From assembly GCF_009914755.1 (NCBI RefSeq), contig NC_060937.1: 64,000 nt of DNA. One strand, 5' to 3'. The notes under the pieces are model-generated. The model worked only from the letters and a program-made list of their open reading frames with translations, searched no databases and had not been told where the DNA came from. The translations under genes were made by a program, and so were the position numbers. This DNA comes from the human T2T-CHM13v2.0 reference genome, Homo sapiens. Below, piece by piece: positions 1 to 14,123 of the stretch (position 1 is the stretch's first letter; each line of letters begins with the position of its first letter).

Positions 1-107
1 GAATGGCGTGAACCCAGGAGGCAGAACTTGCAGTGAGCCAAGATCGCATCATTGCACTCCAGCCTGGGCGACAGAGCAAGACTCTGTCTCAAAAAAAAAA
101 AAAAAAA
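1..107 (+). mobile_element. Alu 3' end (AluY-like) with poly(A), cut by the window edge
   Basis: gaatggcgtgaacccaggag...gactctgtctc followed by an A-run. Confidence 0.92.
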
Positions 108-878
108 GAACACTTCTGGAAACTGTTTTTCCTGGCAGTCCTTGGTCAAGTTGCTAATTTAATATTTTAGATGGTTTTGACATGGTTTAGAATGCAAAAT
201 TATCATCTTTTAATATGTATTTGTTTGCAGAGAACCCATGGGCCTTAGTTCATTTCTGCACCCACAGAGAGGTTTAATCTCATTTAAATGCTAAACATCG
301 CAGTGGTCAGGCATTAGGAACACTGCTAGGAAGGCTGCAACAAAACAAGTGTTTCCACTTAGTGTTATTTGGGGGTTACCATCCACATCATACAGGAAAT
401 GGAGTGACAAATACCAATTTGAGAAAGGAACACAATGAAACTACATAATTCCTCTTGTAGGTTAGTTGATCTGTAACCAAGCCTTAAAAATTGACATTGA
501 CATTGAACCACTGCCTGTGAAGGGAGAATGAGAAATAACCTCAAATCTGCCTCTAAATAAACCATCCATAGCTTAATTCAAGAGTTGGGATACCAGCTCT
601 CTAGCATTCAAATGGAATTTAGGTATTTACTAGGCATACTGTGGGGGATTTTTAAGTTGAATGGGTAACATAGAGCATTGGGGCAAAATAATAGAATACG
701 GTTGCTGGTTTCAATGACAGCATGGGTCTTTTCCACCAAGAGACTACAGTACAAAATTTAAATCAGGTAAACTGGTCCAATGTAGAAAGCAGGCAGTCAG
801 GGAAGCATAGTTTAAGGGTGGCATTGAAATAGTTTTGCCACTTCAATTTGGTCACTAGCTTTTGGGATCAGAGTATAG

Positions 879-1398
879 TGTCAATGAAGAGAGTCAAATT
901 CTGTAAAATATTTGAAGAGATTTATTCTGAGCCAAATATGAGTGACCATGGCTCATGACAGCCCTCAGGAGACCCTGAGAACATGTACCCAAGGTAGTTG
1001 GGGCACAGCTTGGTTTTATACACTTTAGGGAGACACAAGACATCAATCAAATACATTTAAGATATACATTGGTTCGATTCAGAAAGGTGGTACAACCTGA
1101 AGTGGCAGGGGGGTGGTGGCGGGGCAGCTTCCAAGTTATAGGTAGATTTAAACATTTTCTGATTGGCAATTGGTTGAAAGACTTACTATCAATAGAAAGA
1201 AATGTCTGAGTTATGATAAAATGTTGCTGAGACCAAAGTTTTATCATGCAGATGAAGCCTCCAGGTAGCAGGCTCTAGAGAGAATAGATTGTAAATGTTT
1301 CTTATCAGACTTAAGGTCTGTGTTGATGTTACATGCTGGTCAGCTCTTCCTGAATTCCAAAAGGGAGGTGGTATAACGAGGTATGTCTAACCTCTCTA
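879..1398. mobile_element. MER4-family (ERV1) LTR fragment
   Basis: ttattctgagccaaatatgagtgacc...cagcttggttttatacactttagggagaca...acattggttc motifs, recognised by eye. Confidence 0.65.
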
Positions 1399-1699
1399 AG
1401 AGCTCCCTCTTAGAAACAAACAGACAAAACACACAACAAAAACCACACTTGTAAACCCATCGTCCCATCTCTCCACAGCTTGACTTCTTTTCATAATCCA
1501 GATTTGGCTTAGGGATCCAAGAGTCTTGAAAATATTTCCCATGCATTTATTCTGAAATTTGCCAAGGGTAATTTGACTCCTCCCTTTGGGTTTTGTGTTT
1601 ATGGTGCCTGAGATTTCAAATTTGACATTGTTAATTTTGTTCCCCACCTCCAATCAGCCTTGCCCACCTCAACAAATGTCCACTTCATTCTTTCGGTGG

Positions 1700-2009
1700 G
1701 GGTCACTCTGGACTTTGTTCTTTCTCTCAAATTGTCAGTCAACAACTCTGTCGGCCCTGCCTTTGAAATAAATTCATCTAGGATCCTGCCCCTCTTCACC
1801 ACTGCCACCACCATGCTGGCTAAAGCCACGGTTATTTCTCGTAGGTTAGGACAACACCTTCTGTCTGGTGTTGCCTCTACTGTCTAGTCTCCACACATAG
1901 CCAGAATACTCTTAAAACATACATCAGATACCATCATTTCTTAGCTTGCCATTCTCTAATGATGTCCCACAATTCTTAGAGTAACATCTCAAAATGTGAC
2001 CATGCCCTG
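1700..2009 (+). mobile_element. L2 fragment; host element, continues at ~9088-9298 and ~10226-10500
   Basis: L2-like motifs (ccacacatagccagaat...cttaaaacatacatcagat; cttagagtaa...ccatgccct) resume after the nested insertions. Confidence 0.6.
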
Positions 2010-2018
2010 TGTATTAGT

Positions 2019-2076
2019 CGTCCTCATCCTCCTCCTCCTCCTCCCCTTCTTCTTCTTCTTCTTCTTTATCATCATT
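2019..2076. repeat. (TCC)n/(TTC)n triplet microsatellite at the position of the L1 poly(A) tail
   Basis: cgtcctcatcctcctcctcctcctccccttcttcttcttcttcttctttatcatcatt. Confidence 0.85.
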
Positions 2077-4916
2077 AAACTTTAAGTTCTGGGATAGATG
2101 TGCAGAATATGCAGGTTTATTACATAGGTATACATGTGCCATGTGGTTTTCTGCACCCGTCAACCCATTGTCTAGGATTTGAGTGCTGCATGCATTAGGT
2201 ATTTGTCCTAATGCTCTCCCTCCCCTTGTCCCCCATCCCCTGAGAGGCCCCAGTGTGTGATGTTCCCTTCTCTGTGTCCATGTGTTCTCATTGTTCAACT
2301 CTCACTTATGAGTGAAAACATGTGGTGTTTGGTTTTCTGTTCCTGTGTTAGTTTGCTGAGAATAATGGTTTCCAGATTCATCCATGTCCCTGCAAAGGAC
2401 ATGAATTCATTCTTTTTTATGGCTGCATAGTATTCCATGGTGTATATGTGCCATATTTTCTATATCCAGTCTATCATTGATGGGCATTTGGGTTGGTTCC
2501 AAGCCTTTGCGATTGTGAATAGCACTGCAATAAACATACATGTGCATGTATCTTTACAGTAGAATGATTTATCATCCTTTGGGTGTTTATACCCAGTAAT
2601 GGGATTGTTGGGTCAAATGGTATTTCTGGTTCTAGATCTTGAGGAATCGCCACACTGTCTTCCACAATGGCTGAACTAATTTACACTGACACAGTGTAAA
2701 AGCTTTCCTATTTTTCGACATCCTCTCCAGCATCTGTTGTTTCCTGACTTTTTAATATTTGCCATTCTAACTGGCATGAGATGGTATCTCACTGCGGTTT
2801 TGATTTGCATTTCTCTAACGACCAGTGATGAGCTTTTTTTTTCATGTTTGTAGGCTGCATAAATGTCTTCTTTAGAGAAGTGTCTGTTCATATCCTTCAC
2901 CCACTTTTTGATGGGGTTGTTTTTTTCTTGTAAATTTGTTTAAGTTCCTTGTAGATTCTGGATGTTAGACCTTTGTCAGATGGAGAGATTGCAAAAAATT
3001 TCTCCCATTCTGTAGGTTGCCTGTTCACTCTGATGATAGTTTCTTTTACTATGCAGAAGCTCCTTAGTTTAATTAGATCCCATCTGTCAATTTTGGCTTT
3101 TGTTGCCATTGCTTTTGGTGTTTTTGTCATGAAGTCTTTGCCCATCCCTATGTCCTGAGGGGTATTGCCTAGGTTTTCTTCTAGGGTTTTTATGGTTTTA
3201 GGTTTTATGTTTAAATCTTTAGGCAATCTTGTGTTAATTTTTGTATAAGGTGTAAGGAAGGGGTCCAGTTTCAGTTTTCTGCATATGCTTAGCCAGTGTC
3301 CCCAGCACCACTTATTAAATAGGGACTCCTCTCCCCATTGCTTATTTTTGTCAGGTTTGTTGAAGATCAGATGGTTGTAGATGTGTGGTGTTATTTCTGT
3401 GGCCTTTGTTCTGTTCCATTGGTCTATATATCTGTTTTGGTACCAGTACCATGCTGTTTTGGTTGCTGTAGCCTTGTAGTATAGTTTGAAGCCAGGGAGT
3501 GTGATGCCTCCACCTTTGTTCTTTTTGCTTAGGATTGTCATGGCTATACAGGCTCTTTTCTGGTTCCACATAAAATTTAAAGTAGTTTTTTCTAGTTCTG
3601 TGAAGAAAATCAATGGTAGCTTGATGGGAATAGCACTGAATCTATAAATTACTTTGGGCAGTATGGCCATTTTCACAATATCGATTCTTCCTATCCATGA
3701 GGATGGAATGTTTTTCCATTTGTTTGTGTCCTCTCTTATTTCCTTGAGCAGTGGTTTGTAGTTCTTGAAGAGGTTCTTCGCGTCCCTTGTAAGTTGTATT
3801 CCTAGGTATTTTATTTCCTTTGTAGCAATTGTGAATGAGAGTTCACTCATGATTTGGCTCTCTTTTCATCTGTTATTGGTGTTTAGGAATGCTTGTGGGT
3901 TTTGCACATTGATTTTGTATCCTGAGACTTTGCTGAAGGTTCTTATCAGCTTAAGGAGATTTTGGGCAGAGATGATGGGGTTTTCTAAATATATAATCAC
4001 ATCATCTGGAAATAGACAATTTGACTTCCCCTCTTCCTATCTGAATACTCTTTCTTTCTCTTGCCTGATTGCCCTAGCCAGAACTTCCAATACTATGTTG
4101 AATAGGAGTGGTGAGAGAGGGCATCCTTGTCTTGTGCCAGTTTTCAAAGGGAATGCTTCCAGCTTTTGCCCATTCAGTATGATATTGGCTGTGGGTTTGT
4201 CATAAATAGGCCTCATTATTTTGACATATGTTCCATAAATCCCTAGTTTATTGAGTGTTTTTAGCATGAAGAGATGTTGAATTTTATTGAAGGCCTTTTC
4301 TGCATCTATTGAGATAATCATGTGGTTTTTGTCATTGGTTCTGTTTATGTGATGGATTATGTTTATTGATTTGCATATGTTTGAACCAGCTTTGTATCCC
4401 AGGGATGAAGCCGACTTGATCGTGGTGGATAAGCCTTTTGATGTGCTCTTGGATTCGGATTGCCAGTATTTTATTGAGGATTTTCGCAGCGATGTTCATC
4501 AGGGATATTGGCTTGAAATTTTATTTTTTTGTTGTGTCTCTGCTAGGTTTTGGTATCAGGATGATGCTGGCCTTATAAAATTAGGGAGGATTCCCTCTTT
4601 TCCTATTGTTTGGAATAGCTTCAGGAGGAATGGAACCAACTCCTCTTTGTACCTCTGGTAGAATTTGGCTGTGAATCCATCTGGTCCTGGGCTTTTTTTG
4701 GTTCGTAGGCTATTAATTACTGCCTCAATTTCAGAACTTGTTATTAGTGTATATGGGGATTCAACTTCTTCCTGGGTTAGTCTTGGGAGGGTGTATGTAT
4801 CCAAGAATTTATCCATTTCTTCTACATTTTCTAGTTTACTTGCATAGAGGTTTTCATAGCAGTCTCTGATGGTAGTTTTTATTTCTGTGGGATCAGTGGT
4901 GATATTCCCTTTATCA

Positions 4917-5042
<126 letters not shown>

Positions 5043-6585
5043 TCATGTCTCTGTCTCCTTCAGTTCTGCTGTTAGTGTGTTGGTTTTAGATCTTTCCTGC
5101 TTTCTGATGTGGGCATTATAGTGCTATAAATTTCCCTCTTAACACTGCTTTAGCTGTGTCCCACAGATTCTGGCATGTTGTGTCTTTATTCTCATTGGTT
5201 TCAAAGAACTTATTTATTTCTGCCTCAATTTTGTTATTTACCCAGTAGTCATTCAGGAGCAGGTTGTTCAGTTTCCATGTAGTTGTGTGGTTTTGAATGA
5301 GTTTCTTAATCCTGAGTTCTAATTTGATTGCACTATGGTCTGAGAGACTGTTTGTTATGATTTCCATTCTTTTGCAATTGCTGAGGAGTGTTTTACTTTC
5401 AATTACGTGGTCAATTTTAGAATAACTGCTACGTGGTGAAGAGAAGAATGTATATTCTATTGATTTGGGGTAGAGAGTTCTGTAGATGTCTATTAGGTCT
5501 GCTTGGTCCAGAGCTGAGTTTAAGTCCTGAATATCCTTGTTAATTTTCTGTCTCATTGTTCTGCCTAATACTGACAGTGGGGTGTTAAAGTCTCCTACTA
5601 TTATTGTGTTGGAGACTAAGTCTCTTTGTAGGTCTCTAAGAACTTGCTTTATGAATCTGGGTGCTCCCGTACTGGGTACATATATATTTAGGAAAGTTAG
5701 CTCTTCTTGTTGCATTGATCCCTTTACCATTATGTAATGCCCTTCTTTGTCTTTTTTTCATCTTTGTTGGTTTAAAGTCTGTTTTATCAGAGACTAGGAT
5801 TGCAACACCTGCTGTTTTTATTTATTTATTTATTTATTTATTTTTATTTTTTTAGCTTTCCATTTGCTTGGTAACTATTCCTCCATCTCTTTATTTTGAG
5901 CGTATGTGTGTCTTTGCATGTGAGTTGGGTCTCCTAAATACAGCACACCAATGGGTCTTGACTCTATCCAATTTGCCAGTCTGTGTCTTTTAATTGGGGC
6001 ATTTAGTCCATTTACTTAAAGGTAATATCATTATGTGTGAATTTGATCCTGTCATCATGACGCTAGCTGTTTATTTTGAACATTAGTTGATGCAGTTTCT
6101 TCATAGTGTCAATGGTCTTTACATTTCGGTTTGTTTTTGCAGTGGCTGGTACCAGTTTTTTCTTTCCATATTTAGTGCTTCCTTCAGGAACTCTTGTAAG
6201 GCAGGCCTGGTGTTGACAAAATCCCTCAGCATTTGCTTGTCTATAAAGGATTTTTTTCTCCTTCACTTATGAAGCTTAGTTTGGCTGGATATAAAATTAT
6301 GGGTCGAAAATTCTTTTCTTTAAGAATGTTGAATATTGGCCCCCACTCTCTTCTGGCTTGTAGGGTTTCTGCAGAGAGATCCACTGTTAGTCTAATGGGC
6401 TTCCCTTTGTAGGTAACCTGACCTTTCTCTCTGGCTGTGCTTAACACTTTTTCCTTCTTTTCAACCTTGGAAAATCTGATGATTATGTGTCTTGGGGTTG
6501 CTCTTCTCGAGGAGTATCTTTTTGGTGTTCTCTATATTTCCTGAATTTGAATGTTGACCTGTCTTGTTAGGCTGTGGAAGTTCTC

Positions 6586-6655
6586 TTGGAAAATATCCTG
6601 AAGTATGTTTCTTGGAAAATATCCTGAAGTATGTTTGGAAAATATCCTGAAGTAT
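6586..6655. repeat. Three tandem copies of TTGGAAAATATCCTGAAGTAT inside L1 ORF1
   Basis: Identical 21-bp cores start at 6586, 6612 and 6635. Confidence 0.9.
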
Positions 6656-8505
6656 ACTTTCCAACTTGGTTCCGTTCTCCCCATCACTTTCAGGTACACT
6701 AATCAATCATAGGTCTTTTCACATAGTCCCATATTTCTTGGAGGCTTTATTTGTTCCTTTTCATTCTTTTTTCTCTAATCTTGTCTTCACGCTTTATTTC
6801 ATTAAGCTGATCTTCAATCTCTGATATCCTTTCTTCTGCTTGATCGATTTGGCTATTGATACTTGTGTATGCCTTACGAAGTTCTCATGCTGTGTTTTTC
6901 AGCTCCATCAGATCATTTATGTTCTTCTCTAAACTGCTTATTCTAGTTAGCAATTCCTCTAACCTTTTATCAAGGTTCTTAGCTTCCTTGCATTGGTTTA
7001 GAACATGCTCCTTTAGCTCAGTGGAGTTTGATATTACCCACCTTCTGAAGCCTACTTCTGTCGATTTGTCAAACTCATTCTCCATCCAGTTTTGTGCCCT
7101 TGCTGGAGAGGAGTTGCAATCATTTGGAGGAGAAGAGGCATTCTGTTTTTTGGAATTTTCAACATTTTTGCACTGTTTTTTCCTCATCTTCGTGGATTTA
7201 TCTACCTTTGATTTTTGATACTAATGACCTTTGGGTGGGGTTTTTCTGTGGGCATCTTTTTTGTTGATGTTGATGTTATTGCTTTCTGTTTGTTAGTTTT
7301 CCTTCTAACAGTCAGGCCCCTCTTCTGCAGGTCTGCTGGAGTTTGCTGGAGGTCCACTCCAGACCCTGTTTGCCTGGGTATCACCAGTGGAGGCTGCAGA
7401 ACAGCAAATATTGCTGCCTGCTCCTTCCTTTAGTAGCTTCGTCCCAGAGTGGCACCTGCCAGAAGTCAGCTGGAGCTCTTCTGTATGAGGTGTCTGTTGA
7501 ACCCTGCTGGAAGGTGTCTCCCTGTCAGGAGGCATGAGGGTCAGGGACCCCCTTAAGGAGACAGTCTGTCTCTTAGCAGAGCTTGGACACTGTGCTGGGA
7601 GATCCGCTGCTCTCTTCAGAGCTGACAGGCAGAACGTTTAAGTCTGCTGAAGCTGGATCCACAGCCGCCCCTTCCCCCAGGTGCTCTGTCCCAGGCAGAT
7701 GGGAATTTTACCTATCAGCCCCTGGCTGGGGCTGCTGCCTTTCTTTCAGAGATGCCCTGCCCAGAGAGGAGGAATCTGGAGAGGCAGTCTGGCCCCAGGT
7801 ACTTTGCCATGCTGCGGTGAGTTCTGCAGTCAGAGTTAACACTGTAAGGGGAAAAGCACCTACTCAAGCCTCAGTAATGGTGGACGCCCCTCCCCCAACA
7901 AGCTCAATTGTCCCAGGTTGACTTCATACTGCTGTGCTGGCAGCGAGAATTTCAAGCCAGTGGATTTTAGCTTGCTGGACTTTGTGGGAATGGGACCCGC
8001 TGTGCGAGAAGACTTGGCTTCCTGGCTTCAGCCCCCTTTCCAGGGGAGTGAGTGGTTCTGTCTCACTGGGGTTCCAGGCACTGCTGGTGTATGAAAAAAA
8101 ACTCCTGCAGCTGTTTATCTGCCCAGAGAGTTGCCTAGTTTTGTGCTTGAAACCCAGGGCCCTGGTAGTGTAGGCACACGAGGGAATCTCCTGGTCTGTG
8201 GGTGGCAAAAACCATGGAAAAAGCATAGTATCTGGGCTGGATAGCACAGTCCCTCACAGTAGAGTCCCTCAGGGCTTCCCTTGGCTAGGAGAGGGAGGTC
8301 CATGACCCCTTGCACTTCCTGGGTGAGGCGATACCCCACCCTGCTTCTGTTCCCCCTCCATGGGCTGCACCCACTGTCTAACCAGTCCCAGTGAGATAAA
8401 CCGGGCACCTCAGTTGGAAATGCAATAATCACCCACCTTCTGCGTTGGTCTTGCTGGGAGCTGCAGACTGAAGCTGTTCCTATTCAGCCATCTTGCCAAC
8501 TCTCT

Positions 8506-9085
8506 TGTATTAGTTTTCTATTGCTGCCATAACGAATAGTCTCCATCTTAGCAGCTAAAAACAACACCCATTTATCAACTCACAGTTCTGCAGGTCAGAG
8601 TCTCGTAGGCTTGGCTAGTTTCTCTGTCCTGAGTCTCATCAGATTGACAGCAAGGGGCTGACAAGGCTGTATTCCCTTTTGAAAATTTTGGAGATGGATG
8701 TGTGTCTTTGTTCATTCAGGTTATTCACTGAATTCAGTTCCTGTGGTTGTAGCAATGAGATCTCCGTTTCCTTTCTGGCGGTCAGCCCAGGGTAGCCTTT
8801 GCTCCTAGATGCTGCTTGCATCCCTCAATCTTTCCAGGTGGCCCCTCCACCCACAGCAGGTAGGGTCCAGGTCCCTCTCTTGCTTTACATCTTTCCTCCT
8901 TACTCTTCTCACTCCAGCCACATTTCTCTCACTCCAGCCAGAGACATTTCTCTAATTTTAGATGGGTTCCACTCCCTGGTTTAAGGTCTGCTATCTTAAT
9001 TGCATCTGCCAAATCTCATCATAGCAGTACCCAGGTTAATATTTGATTGAATTACTGGGAGATAGGAATAGTGAGGGACTACCAC
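8506..9085 (-). mobile_element. MLT1-type (ERVL-MaLR) solo LTR
   Basis: tgtattagttttctattgctgcc...aaaacaacacccatttatc...cacagttctgcaggtcag...ccaca. Confidence 0.75.
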
Positions 9086-9298
9086 AGCCTAGGAAGTCTT
9101 GAATGATATGATTCCTGTGACTTCTCTGACTTCATGTCATCCCTCTTTCCCTTTTAATATCTAGACTCCAAGTCAGTATGGCCTCCTTGCTGTTTTCTCC
9201 AATTGACCAAACCTATATCCACTTGAGGGCCTTGACACCTCACATTTCCTCTGCCAGAACACCCTTGCCCGAGGCCTTTCCATGGCCCACTCTCTCAC

Positions 9299-10225
9299 TA
9301 AGTTGGATGAGTCCTCTGGGAAGCAGACTCCAAGGCAGTATTAGGAGAGCTCAAGATTTATTGGGGGTAAGGCCTGTGAAAGATAAAGGAGAGAAGGGAC
9401 AGGAGTGGGAAGGCTGGGCCTTCAGACCACAGTGCAGGTCTGACATCCTTGCAGGGATAGGAGGGGATAGGAGGATTGGATGAAGAGCCTCAGATTTCCA
9501 TGCATACTGCACTGAGAAAGTGTCAGCCAGCCCAGCAGGGAGCTTTTGCCACAGAGATTGCCTGTGGAAGCGTTCCACGCTGCCCGGGAAATGGCAAGCC
9601 TTTGTATCATTGTGCTCCGTCATTGGCTGAGGATTATCCAGGAAGCATGTGACCTCCACTCAAAAGCTGAGGGAGAAACAACCAAATGTCCATCAACAGA
9701 TGAGTGGATGGACAAAACGTAGTATGCACATTCAGTGGAATATTATCCAGCCATGAAAAGGCATGAAGTACTGACACACACTACCACATGGATGAACATT
9801 GAAAACACTGTGCTCAGTGAAATAAAACAGTCACAAAAGGACAAATATTGTATGCTTCTACTTATGGTAAATATTTAGAACAGGTAAATCCATAGAGACA
9901 GAATATAGATTAGAAGGTCCAAGGCTTGCAGAAGGAAGAAATGAGGAGTTATCATTTAACGGGTACAGTTTCTGTTTGAGGTGTTAACAATTTTTGAAAC
10001 TGGATAGTGGTGGTGATAGTTGCACAGAATTGTGAATATAATTAACACCACTTTAAAATCTTAAAAATGGTTGAAGTGGCAAATTTTATGCTAAATACAT
10101 TTTACTACAGTAAAAAACAAAACAAAACAAAAAAACAGACCGAGGCAGATCCTGAAAGCACCAGCAGCTAGAAGCTGTCAGCAAATAGCACCTTTTGTGG
10201 GAAGCACATCTCCATGGCTGCCATG
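9299..10225. mobile_element. LTR16-like (ERVL) LTR interrupted by an L1M 3' fragment
   Basis: gggaagcagactc...agatttattggg...gtcattggctg...; flanked by ctcac at 9294-9298 and 10226-10230. Confidence 0.6.
9676..10136 (+). mobile_element. Old L1M (L1MB-like) 3' end with A-rich tail
   Basis: aaacaaccaaatgtccatcaacagatg...aaaggacaaatattgtatg...aattttatgct, then (AAAAC)n. Confidence 0.8.
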
Positions 10226-12974
10226 CTCACTGCCTCGGGTCTCTGCCGAAATGGCAACTGAGCAGTGAGTCCCTTAATGACTAAATTACATCCAAGAGGA
10301 AGGCCTATCCTTCTCAGTCAAGTTAATTTTTCTCCATTACACTTAAAGCCTTCTGACTTATATATTTACCTGTTTATTTTCTGCTTCCCCAATAGACCAT
10401 AAACACCATGAGATCAGAGCATCCATCTGTAGACTCACAGAGCAAGAAGCGTGACTGCCCCAATCTTGAATGGATGAGTAAGTAAGTGAACTACCTGATG
10501 ATTCATTCATCGGACAATAGTCGATCTCAGGCAATTACAGTGTGTCTTGTGTTATTTAGACTTTCCATTGATAAATTACTATAGGCAGAGTTCAGACAGT
10601 TCTTCCTAATTAGAGAATAACCTGTCTTTTGGAAAGCTACTTTGTTTTTTTTCCCCCTGTGAATTGAATTCTCAGAGGATCATCACAGGAAAGGAGATCT
10701 CTCTGGTGTAACTTTTGTACTGAATCTGCATTGGACGTTGCTGAGCTCTGTCCTGATGGAAGAAGAATGTCCTGAGAATCAGGAAGTGTGCAGCATGTTC
10801 AGGCTGGATGTGACTTCTGTTCAGGAATGTAGGGGGTGCAATAAGAAGGTGGCGTGTCAGAAACAAGAGTTGGCACAGATGAAAGGTCTGTTGGAAAGGG
10901 TTGGAAGAGAGAGAGCATCTGTGTTTGAAGCCAAGGAGGAAGGAGGGCAGATAGAATGGTTCACGTTGGAGAGAAGAGAGAGACTGAAAGCACTTTTCTG
11001 CCTACAGAATTTTTTTTAATAGGAAGCCATGACCTTGAGCATGGTTGGAGAGAAGTCTGGGGACTATTGAGGTGCTTAGATGATATGGAAAATATATGGT
11101 GAGACCTGGAACCAGCTAGGTCAGAGATAGGGAGTGAAGAGGTGTCAATGGTGATGGACCATAATTCTATCCAGGAAAAATTAATTGTCATTATTTATGA
11201 TAAGTCCTCATTCCAGACCATTGTGGTCAGTAGATAAAGGGAGAATGTGTGTCTTTCTAGGGAACTTTTGTTTCTTTTTGCCTTAGTTTTCTTCTTCCAG
11301 CACCTCTATTCTTCTTCTTCATCCCATCCCCGCAATAAAATCTGAGCAGTTTGATGCCCACATCTCAAAATGCAACCCTAAAGTCAAAGAGAGAAGGGGT
11401 GTTCCATAGGGGGATAGCTGTTAAGAGCAGGTGAGTCTGGAGGGGCCATCCCTCTCCCATCAACTGCAAAACTCTACCTAGTAAACTCCCAACTTGTACA
11501 TTCCATTCAGCTTGCAAGATCCAGGAGTAGTACCCCCAAGCAATTATAATGTAAAAGATTAACAAGTGGTCCAGGGAAATGAGAATCAAACAAAAAAGGT
11601 AAGTTAAATAAAATTTATAATTATAAGGCCTGTGGGAGAAAGCTAGGAGAGAAAGCGTATTCTGGAATTAGGTCCAGAAAATGGTCAGTGTATTTCTGTG
11701 GGTCCTGGTTCAAGAAAAGATTAACAAAGGGCAGTGTTGTTTGGAAGAGCAAGTCATTGGTGCAAGATGAATGAGCCCAGTGTGGTGAGGTCCTGCAGCC
11801 CCTTTTGTCTGGTAAGTCCCTGTCACATCTCCACCCTCCTTCCATGTCCCATGCTGCTACAGAAGTTCAACTTTGAGGTTGGAGAACTAGAACCACAATT
11901 TTCTTGGAAAGCTGGGGTATTGTAAAGATTCACCCTGCATCTGTCTCTCCCTCCTCAATTCCATTTTGCACATTGCTCCCGGCGTGCTCCTCCTAAAGCC
12001 TGGTCTTGCATTATTACCATAATCTCCCTCCCTCTCCACCTCCATGGACTCCCCTTTTCTACTGATCACTGTCCACATGAAATGTGGGCATTAAAGGTTC
12101 TTTGTGCCCTTGACCAAGTCTCCAGTCTTGCCTTTGCACACCTATTCAGAAGACTTGGGAATTCATTGAATAGAGTCAACTGACGCTCTCCTTGATAATT
12201 TTCCTTTTGTTATTCCAGGCATCATTCTGTCTGCTACTTCCCCATCTATGACAATTTAAATCCAAGTATTCCTTCTTTAATGCTTAATTCACATGGCATC
12301 ACCACCCCAAAAGCCTCCTCTGATCACCACTCCACCTTTCTATGGCAGATTTAACAATTACCTTATATCATGGGGACCCGCACATCTGTCTTGTCTCTCC
12401 TACTACAGTTCAAGCAAAAGATCATGTTGGTATGCTCGGCTCTGGCTTCTTCACAAGGCACAGCACAGTATATAGAAGATGCTGAGAAAGCTTTGATGGA
12501 AATAAAGAGATCTGTGGCTCAGGTGGAGAAGTAAGACTTGGAGAAGAAGCGAGGTTCTTTATAAGACAGAAAAGAATGGGGAGGGGATGAATGAACATGT
12601 ACAAAAACACTGAGATAAAAAGAAAAGGGAGGTGGGGAAGTGCACATGAGAAAGCTGTTAGCTTTTTGGGTTGCTAGTTCCCTGGGAGATAGAAACAAGA
12701 GCTTGGGAAGCATCATAGAAGAACTACTCAAGGCAGAGGTCAGAAGTGCATACAAATGTATTTCTAGAGGTGTGAAAGGAGATCTTGTGGGCTGGGGGTA
12801 TCTGGGGTGGACAAGATCAAGCCTGTGGTGTACCTGTGGCTATGTGGGATGAATAAGAAATAGAGGAAGAAGGAGGTGCAATGTTAGAGAGTCCTAAAGT
12901 AGAATTGGAAAGGGAGTTAGTAGAAGACAGAGACTAAACTAAAAAACTAAAATGATAAAATGATAAAAAAGCAG

Positions 12975-13376
12975 ACAAACTGGGCAGCTTAAAACAACAG
13001 AAATGTATGTTCTCACAGTTCTTCTGGCTAGAAGTCCAGAATCAAGGTGTTGACAGGGGGCCATTCTCCCTTAGAAGCCTCTGGGAGGCGCCTTCCTTGC
13101 CTCTTGCAGCTTCTGGTAGCCCAGGTGTCCCTTGGCTCTGGGCAGCATAGCTCCGATGCCTCTGCCTTCACCGTCTCATGGCCATCCTCCCCACATGCCT
13201 GTGTCTTCAGAGGATACCAGGTATGTTGGAGTAAGGGATTACCCTCCTCTAGTATGACCTCCTCATAAGTAATTATATCTGCGAAGACCCTATTTCCTAA
13301 TAAGGTCATATTCACAGGTACTAAGGGTTAGGACTTCAACCTATCCTTCTGGGGGTCACACTTCAACCCATAATAG
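12975..13376 (-). mobile_element. MLT1-type solo LTR
   Basis: gcttaaaacaacagaaatg...ctcacagtt...tatttcctaataaggtcatattcacaggtact...caacccataa. Confidence 0.8.
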
Positions 13377-13716
13377 TGGGTGAGAAGAGACCACATGAGT
13401 GCCGTTTTCATCTTCACCTCAACTTCAACGAGGGCTGCCTGGCTTTTGGCTGGTTAAAATTTTGGGATCTGTTGAAGGCCTTAGAAACAGTTCCACTGCT
13501 TACTGATATACTGAAAACCACCCATGTATAGAATGCCACTTCCTACAAGGAAACAGGCAAACACATCATTCCACTGGCTTAAAGCTGCTTTCCTGTAAGG
13601 CTTTATAACACTGGTTTTTCTTCTGTGTACCCTTATCTCATTCAGCTTGGCCAAGGCACAGCCAGCCAGACACTGCTGATGTATGTTGGTCTGGAAGTAC
13701 CATTAAGAATAGAGTG

Positions 13717-14123
<407 letters not shown>

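Noticed and set aside
6586-6655. Direct repeats resembling a mini CRISPR array
   Set aside because: The gaps are only 5 and 2 bp; it is a tandem duplication of L1 sequence
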